DNA of 64,000 bases from Microthyrium microscopicum (lineage: Eukaryota). Below, piece by piece: positions 25,400-38,275 of this stretch. The notes below the pieces were generated by a model that had not been told where the DNA came from, did no database searches, and saw only the letters and a list, made by a program, of their open reading frames with translations. The translations under genes and the position numbers were made by a program. The stretch is from assembly GCA_010405405.1 (NCBI GenBank), contig MU004239.1, forward strand, positions 496,001 to 560,000, read 5' to 3'. How positions within the stretch are numbered: position 1 is the stretch's first letter; each line of letters starts with the position of its first letter.

Positions 25400-26828
25400 G
25401 AATGTGGTGTATGAACAAAGGTCAAGAGTAGAATTGAGTGTAGATAGTGTACTGGAAGAGCGAGAGACCGATACTAGTACTTAGTAGTGTCAATTGTTCA
25501 ACCTGGTTGAAAATTTAGGAAATTTTCTTCAATGGTCATCCACACAATCAAAACAGCGTTGAGGGGGAAAAAGTTCATCATCATCCTTGTTCAACTTTTG
25601 ACGCTATCTAAACTTTCTCCATATGGTGGGTGTGGCTCAAGCTCCAGAAAAACACCAGCCACCTTTTCATTACCATGTGAACGTCCTCCAACTCTCGTAG
25701 AGATCAATACTCTCTCTAGGATACTCACTTTACTTCATCTCAGGGATCTCAGGCCTGTCAGCGAGGTACATCGATGGCACCAGAAGCCCGCATCTGGTAT
25801 TGATGAAGAAGAGCCAAAGACGAGATGGCATCATTGTGCTCTAACGAGCTTCTGCCTATCGCCCCTTTTCCATTGTTGTTTGTATGCTGAAGTCATTCAC
25901 TCTACATCCTCCGAATATACTACCTGTATCGGAGCTCTCAATTGAAGACATTCTCGATCCTGAAAAGGCATTTGTTGAGCTGCCAGGTTGCTTTTTGCTA
26001 CCAAGAGCTTCACTATGACCTGGATCTTCTGCATATAGCAAATACCCCAAGTCGATACTTGCATCAGACACACTATATTCACTGTCAAGTACTACTGATC
26101 TTTCAAGTCATAACAGGCCGCGTGGAAACGCTCTCAAACGCTACTTTCAGTCACCTTCAATCATAATACCGTACTTTAGAGTGTCAATTGTCAACCACAA
26201 ATAATTTGCAGTACCAGTTCTACACGGAAAACTCCTTTTCTCGTTTACGTATTTCTGTCTAAAAACTATTGACAACGCGGATCACTGCGGAATTAATAGT
26301 GTCTCTTGTCTCGGAAAGGCCGAACTCTTCACTTCAAGGGTTCCATCCAATGACAAAATCCACAATGAGAGAGATGTTTCGGGTCGAAGCCGACCCTATA
26401 CGTAAAGACCAGTACCAGGGCAGTAATAGACAAGACAAATCTCGGGTCGATGGGCCTGATTAGGGTTCTAATTGGTAGGAATGTTGATGAGCAGTTATTA
26501 TCAAGCTATGAACTACCTCACCTCGACTTGTTGGCTTCAACACTACACACGAAACACGATCTGATCATGGCGCTTATACCCCACACTCACCAGTCTCTCG
26601 TTTTTAGATGCCAAGGAAGATGAGGGAATATATCGACTGATGCCTTGAATCTATCGCCAGTCCTCTTTAAACCTGTCATGAACCTACCAGGAACAGAATC
26701 GTTCGCTTCACAATCCCTCTTCCCTGTTTGCTAATATATTGTATTGCCACCTTACGTTCTTTTAACCTACAGTCTTCGATGTGTTGTGGATGAGAAGATT
26801 GATCTGTTCGGCGTGAAGCTTTGTTGTT

Positions 26829-29151
26829 ATGGCTCCACCAAAGCGAGAACGGAGTGATACTCCACCCCTTCATTATGAATCAAGTGGAATTACCAAGGAT
26901 ATGAGGAAGGGAACACACAGCTGTACTGAATGTACGTTATATTGCGATTCCAATGGCCCAGGACTAACATTTTGATAGGTAGAAGGAGAAAGACTAGATG
27001 TACTCCATTGCCATCTTACCCGCAAATGTGCGTCGAGTGTTTTTCTAGAGGACTGAGATGGTATGTGTCAAATTGCATGAAGGACAGTGTCTGACATCCT
27101 TCAGTACTGATCAGTCACCGGGTCCCCGTAAGCCTGCACCGGAGCAAAAGACCAATTTAAGGGATCGAGTGAGTCGCCTGGAGCATCTAGTCCAACAAAT
27201 ACAGGAGACAAAGGATGACAAGCCAATACCTTGCGCTCGAGATACGAAAACGATATATACACGACTAATGGACGACGTAACGATCACAATACCCACTAGC
27301 TCCAAATACCAAGAGCGCAATGGCCATGCAGCATTGCAGTCGAATGCTAAACAGTTTGGTCATCCATATGGATATCTTGGTCTAGGTGCACCCACACTCC
27401 ACTCAAGGCCGAAAGACTACAAAATTCGATCTATATTTAAAGCTTCTCTACCTCCCCTTGAAGTAACTGAGCATGCACTAGAGGCCAACGCTTTCTGGTG
27501 GAATTCAATCATGGCTACAGTTGTCGACACTGATAAACTACAGCTCAAGAAAATGACCATCAAAGAGTTTGCATCCTGGGCAATGAACTATGGGTCGCCA
27601 ATGTCATGCGCGCATGTACTTCACATCATCTTGACTCAATCACCCGAATCGGAAATGGAACGACTTCTCGACCTTGTGGAGCGGTACATTCTTTCCGACG
27701 AAGAATACATGTCCACTCTGGAAGGATGTGAAGTAGCCCTATTCCACGTGAAAATGTTAGGCGATATGGGAGAGCCACAGAAAGCCTGGCAGATAACTCG
27801 AAGAGCTATTGGTTTTGCGCAAAAACTTGGATTTGACAAGGCTCGGGGCAAATTACGTCAAGACCTTATGTGGTACGGCCTATTTCACAGCGAACGCTTT
27901 GCCAGTTTGATTCTTGGAGTTCCATACGACGTTTACGATGGGCATTACAGAGTCTCCTTCTCTAATGGACCGGATGCGTACAAGAACAGAGACTTCACCT
28001 CCCGACTGGCGCAAATCGCTGGCAAAGTCGCCGACAAAATCCATGGTCTTAGTCTTACTCCTCTCTCCTTGACCGAAATTGAACAAGAGTTGGCAGCCTT
28101 GAGTGCCAGGATGCCAGAAGGCTTTTGGCAGATACCGTATTATGCGCCTTCCAATTTCCAGGAGGCCTTCCAATGGCAGGAAAAGGTGGTCGGCCAAATC
28201 TACTACTGGCAAACCCGTCTGATGCTGCACATGCCGTACATGCTGAAGAGTATGACTGAAGCCGGCTACGAAGACAGTCGAACTCTCTGCTTCGATTGCG
28301 CTCGTCAAATCCTCCGTCTCTGGTTCACTCTACGAGACCCTGCGAATGTTTTCATCTATAAAACAAAATCTATCGACTTTGTCGCATTCGTGGCAGCTGC
28401 TACAATAGTCTTCGGTCTCTTGACCTCTCCACATCGACTTAGTGAACAGCAGCAATCAGATGATTGGGACAGCATGGAATGTGCCACTGAGATATTCCAC
28501 CGCGCCTCAAAAGCACCATTTGGTCGCTTCGCAAAGCAAGGCTATCAAGAGCTTTCGCGCATCATCAGATATCGGGGCTATGTTCCAGAAGTCGAGAAGG
28601 ACGAGTTGGCGACATACATTCCCTTCTTTGGCACTGTCACTATCCATTTCCGCGAGCAGATCACCCACATTCAACGAACAGCGCCAGCGGTGCCACCGTC
28701 TCATATTCTACCTTCCCAAACCGAACCAACAGAACTAATACCACAACAACCAATCCAGAGGCAGGACATCCCAGCTCAAAGCATGCCATCACAGCTTCAG
28801 CCCCCTCCCCTCCCCTCCCAGCCAGTTCGTGGTCCTAGACTCAGTCTCAACATCCCGCAGTACTTCAACACCAAACGAGGAGGTATTACTTCAGCGCCAG
28901 TAGTCAACAACTATTTGTCTCCAGCTACGCCAACTGCACACCAGCCCTATCATAGTGCTATGTCTCGGAGTGCCATGCCTCGCACCATTGACCCGTCGCT
29001 ATTGGAGGGCGTGACGACAGCTTTCTCGCCACAGATTGTTTCCCCGTTTCAATCTTCTGCTCATGATAATTCTGCGCTTGATCGCGATTTGCATGCTTGG
29101 GATTGGCCGGCTGCGGAGCCAAGATTGTCTGCTGAAGTTGGGTTCAAATGA
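26829..29151 (+). CDS. Zn(II)2Cys6 transcription factor with fungal middle-homology region, 3 exons
   Basis: Spliced N-terminus MAPPKR..MRKGTHSCTECRRRKTRCTPLPSYPQMCVECFSRGLRC (six Cys), coiled coil LRDRVSRLEHLV, AWQITRRAIGFAQKLG, LMLHMPYML. Confidence 0.9.
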
Positions 29152-30339
29152 GGCATCCATCCACTTCCCTGTTGCAGTATGGAAGCCGCACATATGGAAA
29201 CATTCACAATTGGAGGTTGTAGTATATGGAATCATTCGCGAGTACCACGAGCTCCAGCATGAACATCCAATAACCTGATCCGGGACTACGGGAGTATTCA
29301 ATCTGGCAGTGAAGACGTCAGCTTTCAACCGGGCTGGTGGTCAGACACAGCGGACGATTTTTTGTCCATATGAAAACGCCTGGGCCACTCCATCACGTCA
29401 ACTGCTAAGAACGTAAAGGGCAGACAGAGACCACCCCCTTATCTGGCAGCTATAAGCCCTGAAGGGGCGGAAGGAATGGTCCCCCTGGAAATGGTGGGAT
29501 TGAAAGCCCACCGATAAGTTGCCTCAAGCAAGAGTTACGGTTAAGCAAGATGAGACAGATGACAAAACAAGATCAAGACCATAGCTTCCAAGCTTAGATA
29601 TGGGGCGGTATAATATCATTTGAACAATATCAGTCTTGCCCATCACAATTCAAGTACTTTGATGTCGCTACTATAGCCTTTCTGAACTTGATCTTCTGAT
29701 AGAAAGGACTTGGCATCACGACTTCATGAGATTCCTACTGTCGGGTCTTCCGGAAAGCTCTGAGAAGGTCGCGTCACTTGATGATATACTACAGGGGTCG
29801 TTTCTGTGTATATGATTCACTAGCAGGTTCTGGGACCTTGCCTGTATGGTAAGGGGATGTCATATATTCTCTACTTCAGTTTCTCTACCTTGGCTTTTAC
29901 AAAGGTACTTTGACATGAGCGGTTGCCATTATTAGACTTATTGTGGTTCATGCACATCACCATCTGGTTTGCCATATGCCAGATATTGTGATCATCATGT
30001 TGTGACTTGTCAAACAGAGTCACTTTGTCAACAGAAGTATTGCTTGCTAAAATCAGATCAAGATAGCCATACAAAATGGCCGACTCAGCTAAAGTTCCTG
30101 AATCAGAATTTGCTAACAATAGATCCCATAAAATTCTATGCCCTTTGGCCAAAAATTGCTGTCCCTTCAGCAAAGAGCAAAGTGGTTTCTCGTAAGAGTT
30201 GACCCCAAATCAATATCAAGATAAGGCAGTAATCCGACTCTCACAATTTCAGACATAATGACCTCAAAAGTAAAAAAAGACTTCTTAGACAATGAATAAT
30301 AGCACAAAAAGCCGTACCTGATCAGCAGTAGGCACAAGG

Positions 30340-30347
30340 AAAAAAAA
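30340..30347 (-). terminator. RNA polymerase III terminator (T8) of the tRNA-Leu gene
   Basis: Eight T on the minus strand starting one base after the discriminator A. Confidence 0.85.
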
Positions 30348-30348
30348 T

Positions 30349-30510
30349 TGCGCAAACTGGGATTCGAACCCAGGCGGGATAAATCCCATTGCAAGATTCA
30401 AAGCAACTTGGAAAGCTAACCGCTTGAGTGCAACGCCTTAGACCGCTCGGCTGATTAATCATTAGTAAGAAGATAGATAATTTTGACATGAAAAACATAC
30501 CCATCTGCGC
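30349..30510 (-). tRNA. tRNA-Leu(CAA) with a canonical 28-nt tRNA intron (30422-30395) and an additional 50-nt GT-AG intron (30500-30451)
   Basis: Exons 30510-30501, 30450-30423 and 30394-30349 give 84 nt: acceptor GCGCAGA/TTTGCGC plus A73, D region GCCGAGCGGTCTAAGGC, anticodon arm TTGCA-CTCAAGT-TGCAA, variable arm GGGA-TTTA-TCCC, T arm CTGGG-TTCGAAT-CCCAG. Confidence 0.9.
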
Positions 30511-31089
30511 GAGAATAGAAACATAATTTTGCATTTTTTGCAATATAGCTACAGTCTGAAAATGGGACTTTAGCAACCTTCTACACTCAACGTCTGAAAC
30601 ACTTCCGCTAATCATTCGTAGTCAGTATTTTATGCATCTCGGTTTTTTCGACTATTATAAAGATGCTTACCGCTTAATTTTGTCTCTTCTACACAAGATT
30701 TCAGACCTAGAAAGCAAAGTGCGAACCGGTTCAACTTCAGTTCCCGTATGAATCTTTTCACCCCTTTTCAGATTTGGTACCTTGGAACTCAACGTAAACA
30801 TCACACATTACTCCCAAATGCTATTGCTTCACTTGAAGGAGCATGTCTTCTAATCTTATGTCGTGATGATAGTCGCACTTGTGCAAATCAACTAGGGAAA
30901 AAAATGAGCAGCGGGGCTAAACCATATATGGGAAAAAGAGCTGAGTACTTTTAATGTCGCCTTTCGATGACTGTTTTGGGTATGACTGTAAAGGATGTTA
31001 TGGACCTTCCTAAGCTTATAAGTCTCTGAGACCGAACGAAAGATTCAGAACCCTATATTCTCCACAAACAGCGCTCTAGTTGCAGCATA

Positions 31090-32099
31090 ATGGCCGACAA
31101 AACAGAATCATATGTTGATCCGAACCACAGTGCTCCCCCAACCATTGTTTTCACTCAATCCGAAATCAACGACTATCTGAACTTTCTGGAACTACCACAA
31201 TACTGTAATCTCAGTCCCGAAGCACCTCGCGATGTCAAACTGCTCACTGCGCTCCATCAAATGCAAATCACCAAAGTTCCATATGAAAATCTAGCTCTCC
31301 ACTATTCTAGCCATCACAGCACAAATCTGGATCCCAAGTTCATACATAACAAGATCCTCACTCAAAAAGGTCGCGGTGGGTATTGCATGGAGATATCAAT
31401 TTTCTTCTGTGCATTGCTGCGAGCTATCGGGTTCAACGTGTACCATACAGGCGTGCGAGGACGGAATCGAAAGAATGGAGTTCCTGAGGGTCCTTTCATG
31501 GAGGTGTAAGATTTGGTCTCTTCATTATTGTTGTTATATACTAACAGGTCCTTAGAGCTCATATAATCAACATTGTCACGTTTCCTAGTGGAGAGAAATA
31601 CGGAGTCGATGTTGCGTTTGGCGGCGATGGAATGACTAAACCTATGCGTCTGGTTGCTCATGAGGTGTCGCTAAACATGGGCACGCAGGAAGTGCGATAT
31701 GAGCTTGCTCCAATTGCACAGTTTGCAAGCGACCATAAGTTGTGGATCTACCAGTATCGCAATCAGAAAGATCGACCGTGGGTGTCGTTCTATTGCTTTG
31801 CAGAGGTGCCATATTTGCACGGGGACTTTGTACTCATGAGCGAGTGGGTCAACAGAAATTCCCCTTTTCAGGTCGATTTCGTGCTTATGATCAAGTTTTT
31901 GTGGGATGGAAAAAGTGTGTATGGGAAGAAGATGTTTATACAGGATGTGTTGAAGCAGAATGACGGAGGAAAGACCAGAGTTGTGAGAGAATGTCGGACT
32001 GAACAAGAAAGGATTCAGCTTTTGCAAGAAGAGTTCGGTATTGAGTTGAGCGAGGAGGAAATCAACGGTATCAAAGGAACAAAAACCGAGTTGCGCTAG
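31090..32099 (+). CDS. Arylamine N-acetyltransferase, paralog B, 2 exons
   Basis: VPYENLALHYS, GRGGYCMEIS (Cys), intron 31506-31555, AHIINIV (His), VDVAFGGDG (Asp), LWIYQYR. Confidence 0.9.
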
Positions 32100-32408
32100 T
32101 ATTGTATTCGCACTCAATATGGCTGGTTAGAACGGTATTTATAGAGCTTAGAAGCATATTTGGACCTGTGAAACATATTAGCATTCTCTTTTCTTGGAGG
32201 TAGATGCTTGACAACAATGGTGACTAGGTCATATGAGAGATGTTTCGACTGCTTTCTATTTTAGTAGTACATGTCTATCCGGAACGTCTATGAAGGTATT
32301 ATAATTAGATAAATGTATAGTAAAGTTCCTGAGCTCCACTCTATCATTATGTTCGTAATGTCGTAAGTTCATACCTGTCCTTTGAAATCTTCATCACAGG
32401 CGATGGGC

Positions 32409-33593
32409 TCAAGGAGGAGCAGTTGAGACAGATCCTGGGGACGGATTCAAGTCAGGTGGAAGAGTAAAATCCGTTGACCGCCATCCGCTGTCTGTCACAA
32501 TGGAGCCAGGTCCATAGCCTTTCAGGTTTCCTAGGCCCATCGGGAATGGATACGCAGCACCGTCCGAGCAGGCAGTGATGTTGCCAAAATACCACCCATG
32601 ATCAGCAGTTGCCATTCGGAACCACTGTCGATTGCCAGACCAGCTCTCCCCAGACTTGAGTTCTGTTATGTCAGCGGCTTTGACTGTTTGGTTGGTCGGT
32701 GAAGAAATGTAGTACTCTGGAGAGATATGCTCGTAGCCGATTATGGTGCTAGGGTATTGAGGAACTGGATCAGACATATGTGTGAATCTGTATGACTTGC
32801 CCAGTGACGGAGGAAGAGATGTCATCCAATTAGCGAATGCTGAGTTCCCAACTCTTGGACTTCCAAAGGTGTACTGAGAGTGAGGTTAGAGTGCGAGACA
32901 AACGGAGGGACAAGTTTTCTTACCATATCGACAGACACATTGTTTTTTCGTAGTTCAGCAGTTGCTAGAGTTGCCAAAGCTCCTCCAAGAGAATGGCCAG
33001 TCACGATTATCTTGCTTAAAGGGTATTTGGTCTTCGTCTGATTGAGAATAGACATGACCAGAACACGAGACTCGTTCCATGCCGAAGAGAATCCTGACGC
33101 AACGCCGCATGATTCACAGAGGCTTGAATTGGTAATGAAAAAATCAATGTCTGTCATCGCATTCTTGTATGAGTCGGTACCTCGAAATGCGAGGACAATT
33201 TGGTTGTTTGTTTGGTCTGTGGCTAGGAAACCTGTTACCCCAGATTTTCCAGCTCTAAAACAGGTCAATCGAGGAATGACTCGATGTTCATTAGAAGACC
33301 TACTCTGAAAGGCCAAGGACTGTCCTCGTTTGTGCCGTTTCGACAGTCGGACAGGATTCATTGTCGCAACGTATTTTGCGATCTGCGTGCTCGGTATTGT
33401 TTGGACAGTATGCAGCAGCAGAGTATTGTTCGAAAATTGAAAATGCCTTCAGATCCTCAGCTAGATGTAGCAATTAGCACTGGTTGTTCTGATATCACAG
33501 AGACTAACCTGAAACTGGTGCCTGAAGAAGCGGCAGCGCTGCCAAAGGTTTTGCTTGGAGAAGAAAGAGAAGAGCAAATGCGAAATGGCTCAT
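32409..33593 (-). CDS. Secreted class-3 lipase / feruloyl esterase A-like, multi-exon
   Basis: Signal peptide MSHFAFALLFLLQ.., YSAAAYC exon, IVLAFRGT, VTGHSLGGA, YTFGSPRVGN, RFTHMSDPVP, YEHISPEY, DHGWYF. Confidence 0.9.
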
Positions 33594-35975
33594 CGATGAG
33601 AGCATGATGTCAAGACGCAATTGAACCAATACAAGTGGGAGGCTTATAGGAAGCCGCAAGTAAGACTAGAATGCGATTGGGAAGAAACAATTGACGCTCG
33701 AGCATTGATATCTCAACGAACTTGTCACAGGTATTTGAATAGCACTTGATATCAACAACGTCTAACTTTTTACGTCGGATCAACGACTTGACGTCACGGT
33801 ATAACGATGCGGATCTGATAATTCGTGCAAGCTCTCGCTGGATCACGAAATACCGAAGCGACTTTCCGGTACTGACCTTAAGTGAACTATAATCGAAAGC
33901 CTAAAACTAGACCTTGAAGACCAGCCCCATCCGAGCCAAGAGAACTCGATGGGACAAGATGACATCGAGTCATAAGAGTGTTTGATAAGTTTCTTCCTAA
34001 ACGCTAGGAGGCTGGGTACCACCTGGTATTGTGGGACATCAATTCCCCACACCATACGTCAAAGACCAAATGGCCGTATCTGCCCGTCTAGGAAAACGGA
34101 ACGGCCGTTAATGTGATGATAAGGCTGGACTGACGGGTTGTATGATTGTATCAGGCTATACTTCGCCTAGTTTCCTAGGACACGGGCTGATCGCAAAATC
34201 CTCTTACATGCTAGTACCAAGAGTTGATGAATGACACGATAGGTGTGCTGCCAGACTCACAATCATACACCAATCTATTCGTTCAAATGCCCCCGAATAT
34301 GGATGTCTTTGAGATAGGAAGACCTTGTAGCGGATCTGTTGGCGCTCTAAATTCAGTGTAGTAGACCTCTGCCTCTGCTTCAAAGCAACCACAATCGACG
34401 TCATTTAAAGTTTTAAACTTCACGTACGAACCTAGAGATGTGTGAATCTGAGACGCTGAAAGTGGAACTTGGGAGTTGAATAAGTAGCCAGCCCTACGAG
34501 CCTCCCATGGTGCAGATCCAGGATTTAAGGTTTCGTCCTCGCGTGGTCCTGTCATTGTAGGGTCAGTAGTTGCCTATGAGAGTACATGCACGGAATCTGC
34601 TTGGAAAGGGTTCCAAAAATAGTGGGTTCGCGTTGGAAGACTTCATAGATCTACCTCTTCAAGCACAATCGACGGATCGCTGGAGTGGTTGCCTGGAAGT
34701 CTGTCTAGTGCGACTGTCTGTTCGATCGTGTCGCCATGCTCTAAAGTCCCGAATCCATGCAAACTTACCGAATTTGAATCGAAATTGGAACCGTGGAAGA
34801 ATTTGTATATATTCGACTCCACGGATTGCCCTCAGGATACCCAGATGCCAGAATCGGGATGGTGAGTGCAATGGACTTATGGCTCTGACATGTGCCACGA
34901 CCTCAGATGGCTTCTCACCGCTTTCTACTATGATTGTAGTGAAGTTGCCTGTGACACTGAGCCATCTTGTGTTCGGCTCATAGGTCAAAGAAACCTGTGT
35001 ATTGCTATCCACGGCTCTGTTTCGTTTTGTGTTTCGTGTTCGTCAAATGCTCACCCATCTTCTATTACAATCATAAATGTAGGTAGACAAGCTGCCGATT
35101 GTCTAGTTTATGCCTCCTGTCAGTTGCAAGGTCCATGTATGAGTTAACTCCCGAGTGCTGGGGTCAAGTTCAACATGATTCCTCAAACTGCTAGAGAAGT
35201 CAAATAGATAGCTAGTTAAAAAAATTCAAGGGAAACGGTCTATCGTAGAAGTACACTTTTGAAGCGATAACTTGCTTGTCAATCACAGCCACTTGCTGAC
35301 TGATCGATGCTAACCAACACAATTTATAGGAGGTAGAAATTCACTCTACCAAATCTGTAAAGAGTAACGAACTGAAGAAACATCGATATTTGTTCATAAT
35401 AAAGTTTGCTCGAAAACAAATTTCAGAAAACATATGACCAACGCCATCAAATGCTCGCGATGTACCGTACATTGGCATAGACCGAAAATGAAAAGGAGCA
35501 AAGCACTTGTGTACTGTATGGGGGCCGACATATCACTGCCTCGAAAAGGAATTCATTCTAATCGTTGCAGGGATCTGTTCAATGGTAAATAAGCTTAAAG
35601 CCATTCTACCAATCACTGTCCGGTTATCAAGCCATAAGCTGATTCTAAACACCAAATTCCAGCCTCATTCAGCCGAATATGGACTGCTGAAAATCCTCCT
35701 TCTTTCAATGGCGGCAAATATTTCCTGGTGGCGTATCTCAGCTCACAAGCTCGTCTTAGTTAAGCGAGTTGCAAATGAGATTCGATTTTTCTGGTGGTGG
35801 TTGTTCAACGTCTTCAAACTCAACTTCATTCAGTCCCTCATTTTCAAGATTCACGCAGAAATCAGTCACTCGTTTGTGTTACAATCTAATATCGACTGTT
35901 GCGGTGCCTTCCGATCATCTCGCAAGCGAGGAGAATACACGACTCCTTCAGTTCGACTTGTATGAGTAATCTATA

Positions 35976-37938
35976 ATGCAACCCTCAACTCCACAGCAAT
36001 GGGCCAGTGTCCTCCAGTTTCTGCTCTTCGTACAAACCGCCCAAGCGCAATATGACCCGGTTGTCAACTTCTGTAAACGGCTCGACCACCAATGTACATT
36101 GCTCTATGGTTCAATATCATGCCCGTCACTGACATGTCCCAGCGACCGTAGTGAACGGCAAACTCTACATCGATGGCGGCCGTCAAGTATACACCAACTA
36201 TGCGCCAAACGGCTCTGATATCGGCCCTCATACCATCGGACCAAGTACACACCATACCTAAGTATTGCAAGCATCACCGTACTAACCATAGAATAGACGA
36301 ATACCTTCTCTCCATCGACCTCACACGCGGCTGGGACGCGAACGAAGGCCTCCCCATAACCAAAACCCCCAAGAATCTCACAACACCCTACCTAACCCGC
36401 GGCGCCCTCTTTCCCAGCAGCACGAATCCAGATGGCTTCTACCTTTTTGGCGGCACCGTCGCAAGCGATAACACGAGTTTCGTCAACTACCAATCTCCCC
36501 AGACCGAGGGCAAACCCATCTGGGGATATGCAGGTAGCACTAGTGGAATATGGAACAGCATAGATGGATCCTTCCCACGACCGTGTTCCGGCGCAAATGC
36601 AGTGCTGAACGATAAATCCAAAGCATTCTGGTTCAACGGCGAGCAAGATAATGGATCTAGTACGACAGCGCAGAGTCTAGCGGACACGACGAAGTTTCTT
36701 GATGGGATGTTGGTCATGGATCTGAAAGATGCTAGTGTCAAGAGCGTGAGCACAAAGGCTGTGAGCAGTAATGCGAGGGTTAGAGCTGGCATGGTGCATG
36801 TCCCACTTGAAAAAACGGCAGGAGTGTTGGTGTTGTTGGCTGGTGGGGAGAAACCGTCCAGTGATAACGCACATGATTGGAAAGGCACACTGGTGAATCT
36901 GAACTCGGTAGATGTCTTTGATGCTGGCTCGATATCAGACAGCAATCCGGACGGTCAGTGGTACAGCCAACCTACGACAGGGACAACACCGAGTCCACGA
37001 GTTGATCCTTGTGTCGTCGCGATGGCGGCACCAGATATTTCCAGCTATAACATGTAAGTCCCTGTCCATAACAGCCCATTCGCGAATCCTTAAACTCACA
37101 TTCTTCCTCAAGATATATGTACGGCGGCCGCGATGGTCTTAACGCTTATTACGACGAGCTCTGGATCCTCTCCCTCCCATCCTTCCAATGGGTGCGCGCC
37201 TACTCCGGCTCTTCCCCACGCTACTCCATGACCTGCCACGCCATCGGTCGCCAAATGATCGTCGTTGGTGGTTCAAATACCTCACACGTCACGGACAACT
37301 GCGACGCGGCCACACAGGGCGTCAAAGTGCTGGACCTCACCGCACTCACCTGGAGCACGGTATTCGACCCACGCGCAGCGGCGTACCAAGTGCCGAGCCA
37401 ATTGGTCAAGTTGATCGGCGGCACAGGAACTGGCGGTGCAAATATCAATGCTCCAGCAGCAGGATTTGCACAGAAAGGATTGCAAGCGCTGTTTTATCCG
37501 CCGTCGAGTAACAGTACTATGACGCCGGCTGCTGGCTCTGGTGCCACAAAGGACGACAAGACTAAGACACCTGTCGGAGTGATTGTTGGGATTGTGATTG
37601 CCGTGCTTGTGATCCTGGGCCTCATTGGCGCGCTCGTCTTCTTGTGTATGCGCAGACGACGGCAACAGGCGTTTTGCCTGAAAGATGATCAAAAGGTTGG
37701 AGGAAGTGAGAGCCATTTGATGTCAGGGAGCGAGTTGCATGAGATCCCAGGGAGCACACCACCGGCATACGCCAAGTTTGCAGAAGTGGAAGTGCTAGAA
37801 CTGCCAGGGAGCGATGGCGTAAAGAATGAGCTTCCAGGTAGTGAAGGTTTCAAGAATGAGTTGGCGGGAAGTTCGCCGGTTTTGGTAGAGCTGGAGGCTG
37901 AGAAGGTCTCCAGACCTACAGAACACAGCAGGACGTAG
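35976..37938 (+). CDS. Kelch-repeat type I membrane protein (signal peptide, kelch propeller, TM helix, cytoplasmic tail), 4 exons
   Basis: NFCKRLDHQ, LYIDGG, YLFGG, IYMYGG, WILSLPSFQW, MIVVGG, TM VIVGIVIAVLVILGLIGALVFL followed by RRRR. Confidence 0.85.
37798..37872 (+). repeat. Degenerate 30-nt coding tandem repeat (ELPGSDGVKN / ELPGSEGFKN / ELAGS)
   Basis: About 2.5 copies in the cytoplasmic tail of the kelch protein. Confidence 0.7.
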
Positions 37939-38275
37939 GAGGGTCCGATTTGGTTGATGATTGAGCGAATCAAGTATGGTACTGTGTTCAAGATATGTTG
38001 GATAGGCATTGCGTAGGAGCATTTGGGTACTTGGTTATGTTATATATTAATCTGTGGTAGTTATATTAGTGAAGTCAACTATGTCAGCATTCTAAATTTC
38101 AATCTGCCGTACAGATTTAAAACCACTCCGTAGCTTAGAATTCTATAAATCTGGTTAGCCGAGATTTATGCTTTGATGCACACGCAGTGTATGAACTCGA
38201 ATTCATTAGTATTGATTCGATGACCGTTGATCGAAGTATACATTTGTATTAGCTGTTTCGTAATCCTGAACTCGT

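Noticed and set aside
25532..26166. Overlapping ORFs upstream of ARG4 as a possible gene relic
   Set aside because: No family similarity recognised, so a pseudogene call cannot be supported.
29149..29373. Zn2Cys6 frame continuing past two TGA codons to an acidic/aromatic tail (..QPGWWSDTADDFLSI*)
   Set aside because: The open stretches are only about 36 codons each, as expected by chance. No good branch site or readthrough context was found.
30349..30459. Reading the tRNA-Leu as a simple 5'-truncated pseudogene or an integration scar
   Set aside because: The missing 10 nt are present 50 nt upstream, pair fully with the acceptor strand, and are separated by exact splice signals. The rest of the gene shows no decay. 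This reading remains only as the null hypothesis.
33610..35965. ORFs of 60-150 aa between the lipase and kelch genes
   Set aside because: Mostly non-ATG starts and non-coding-like composition.
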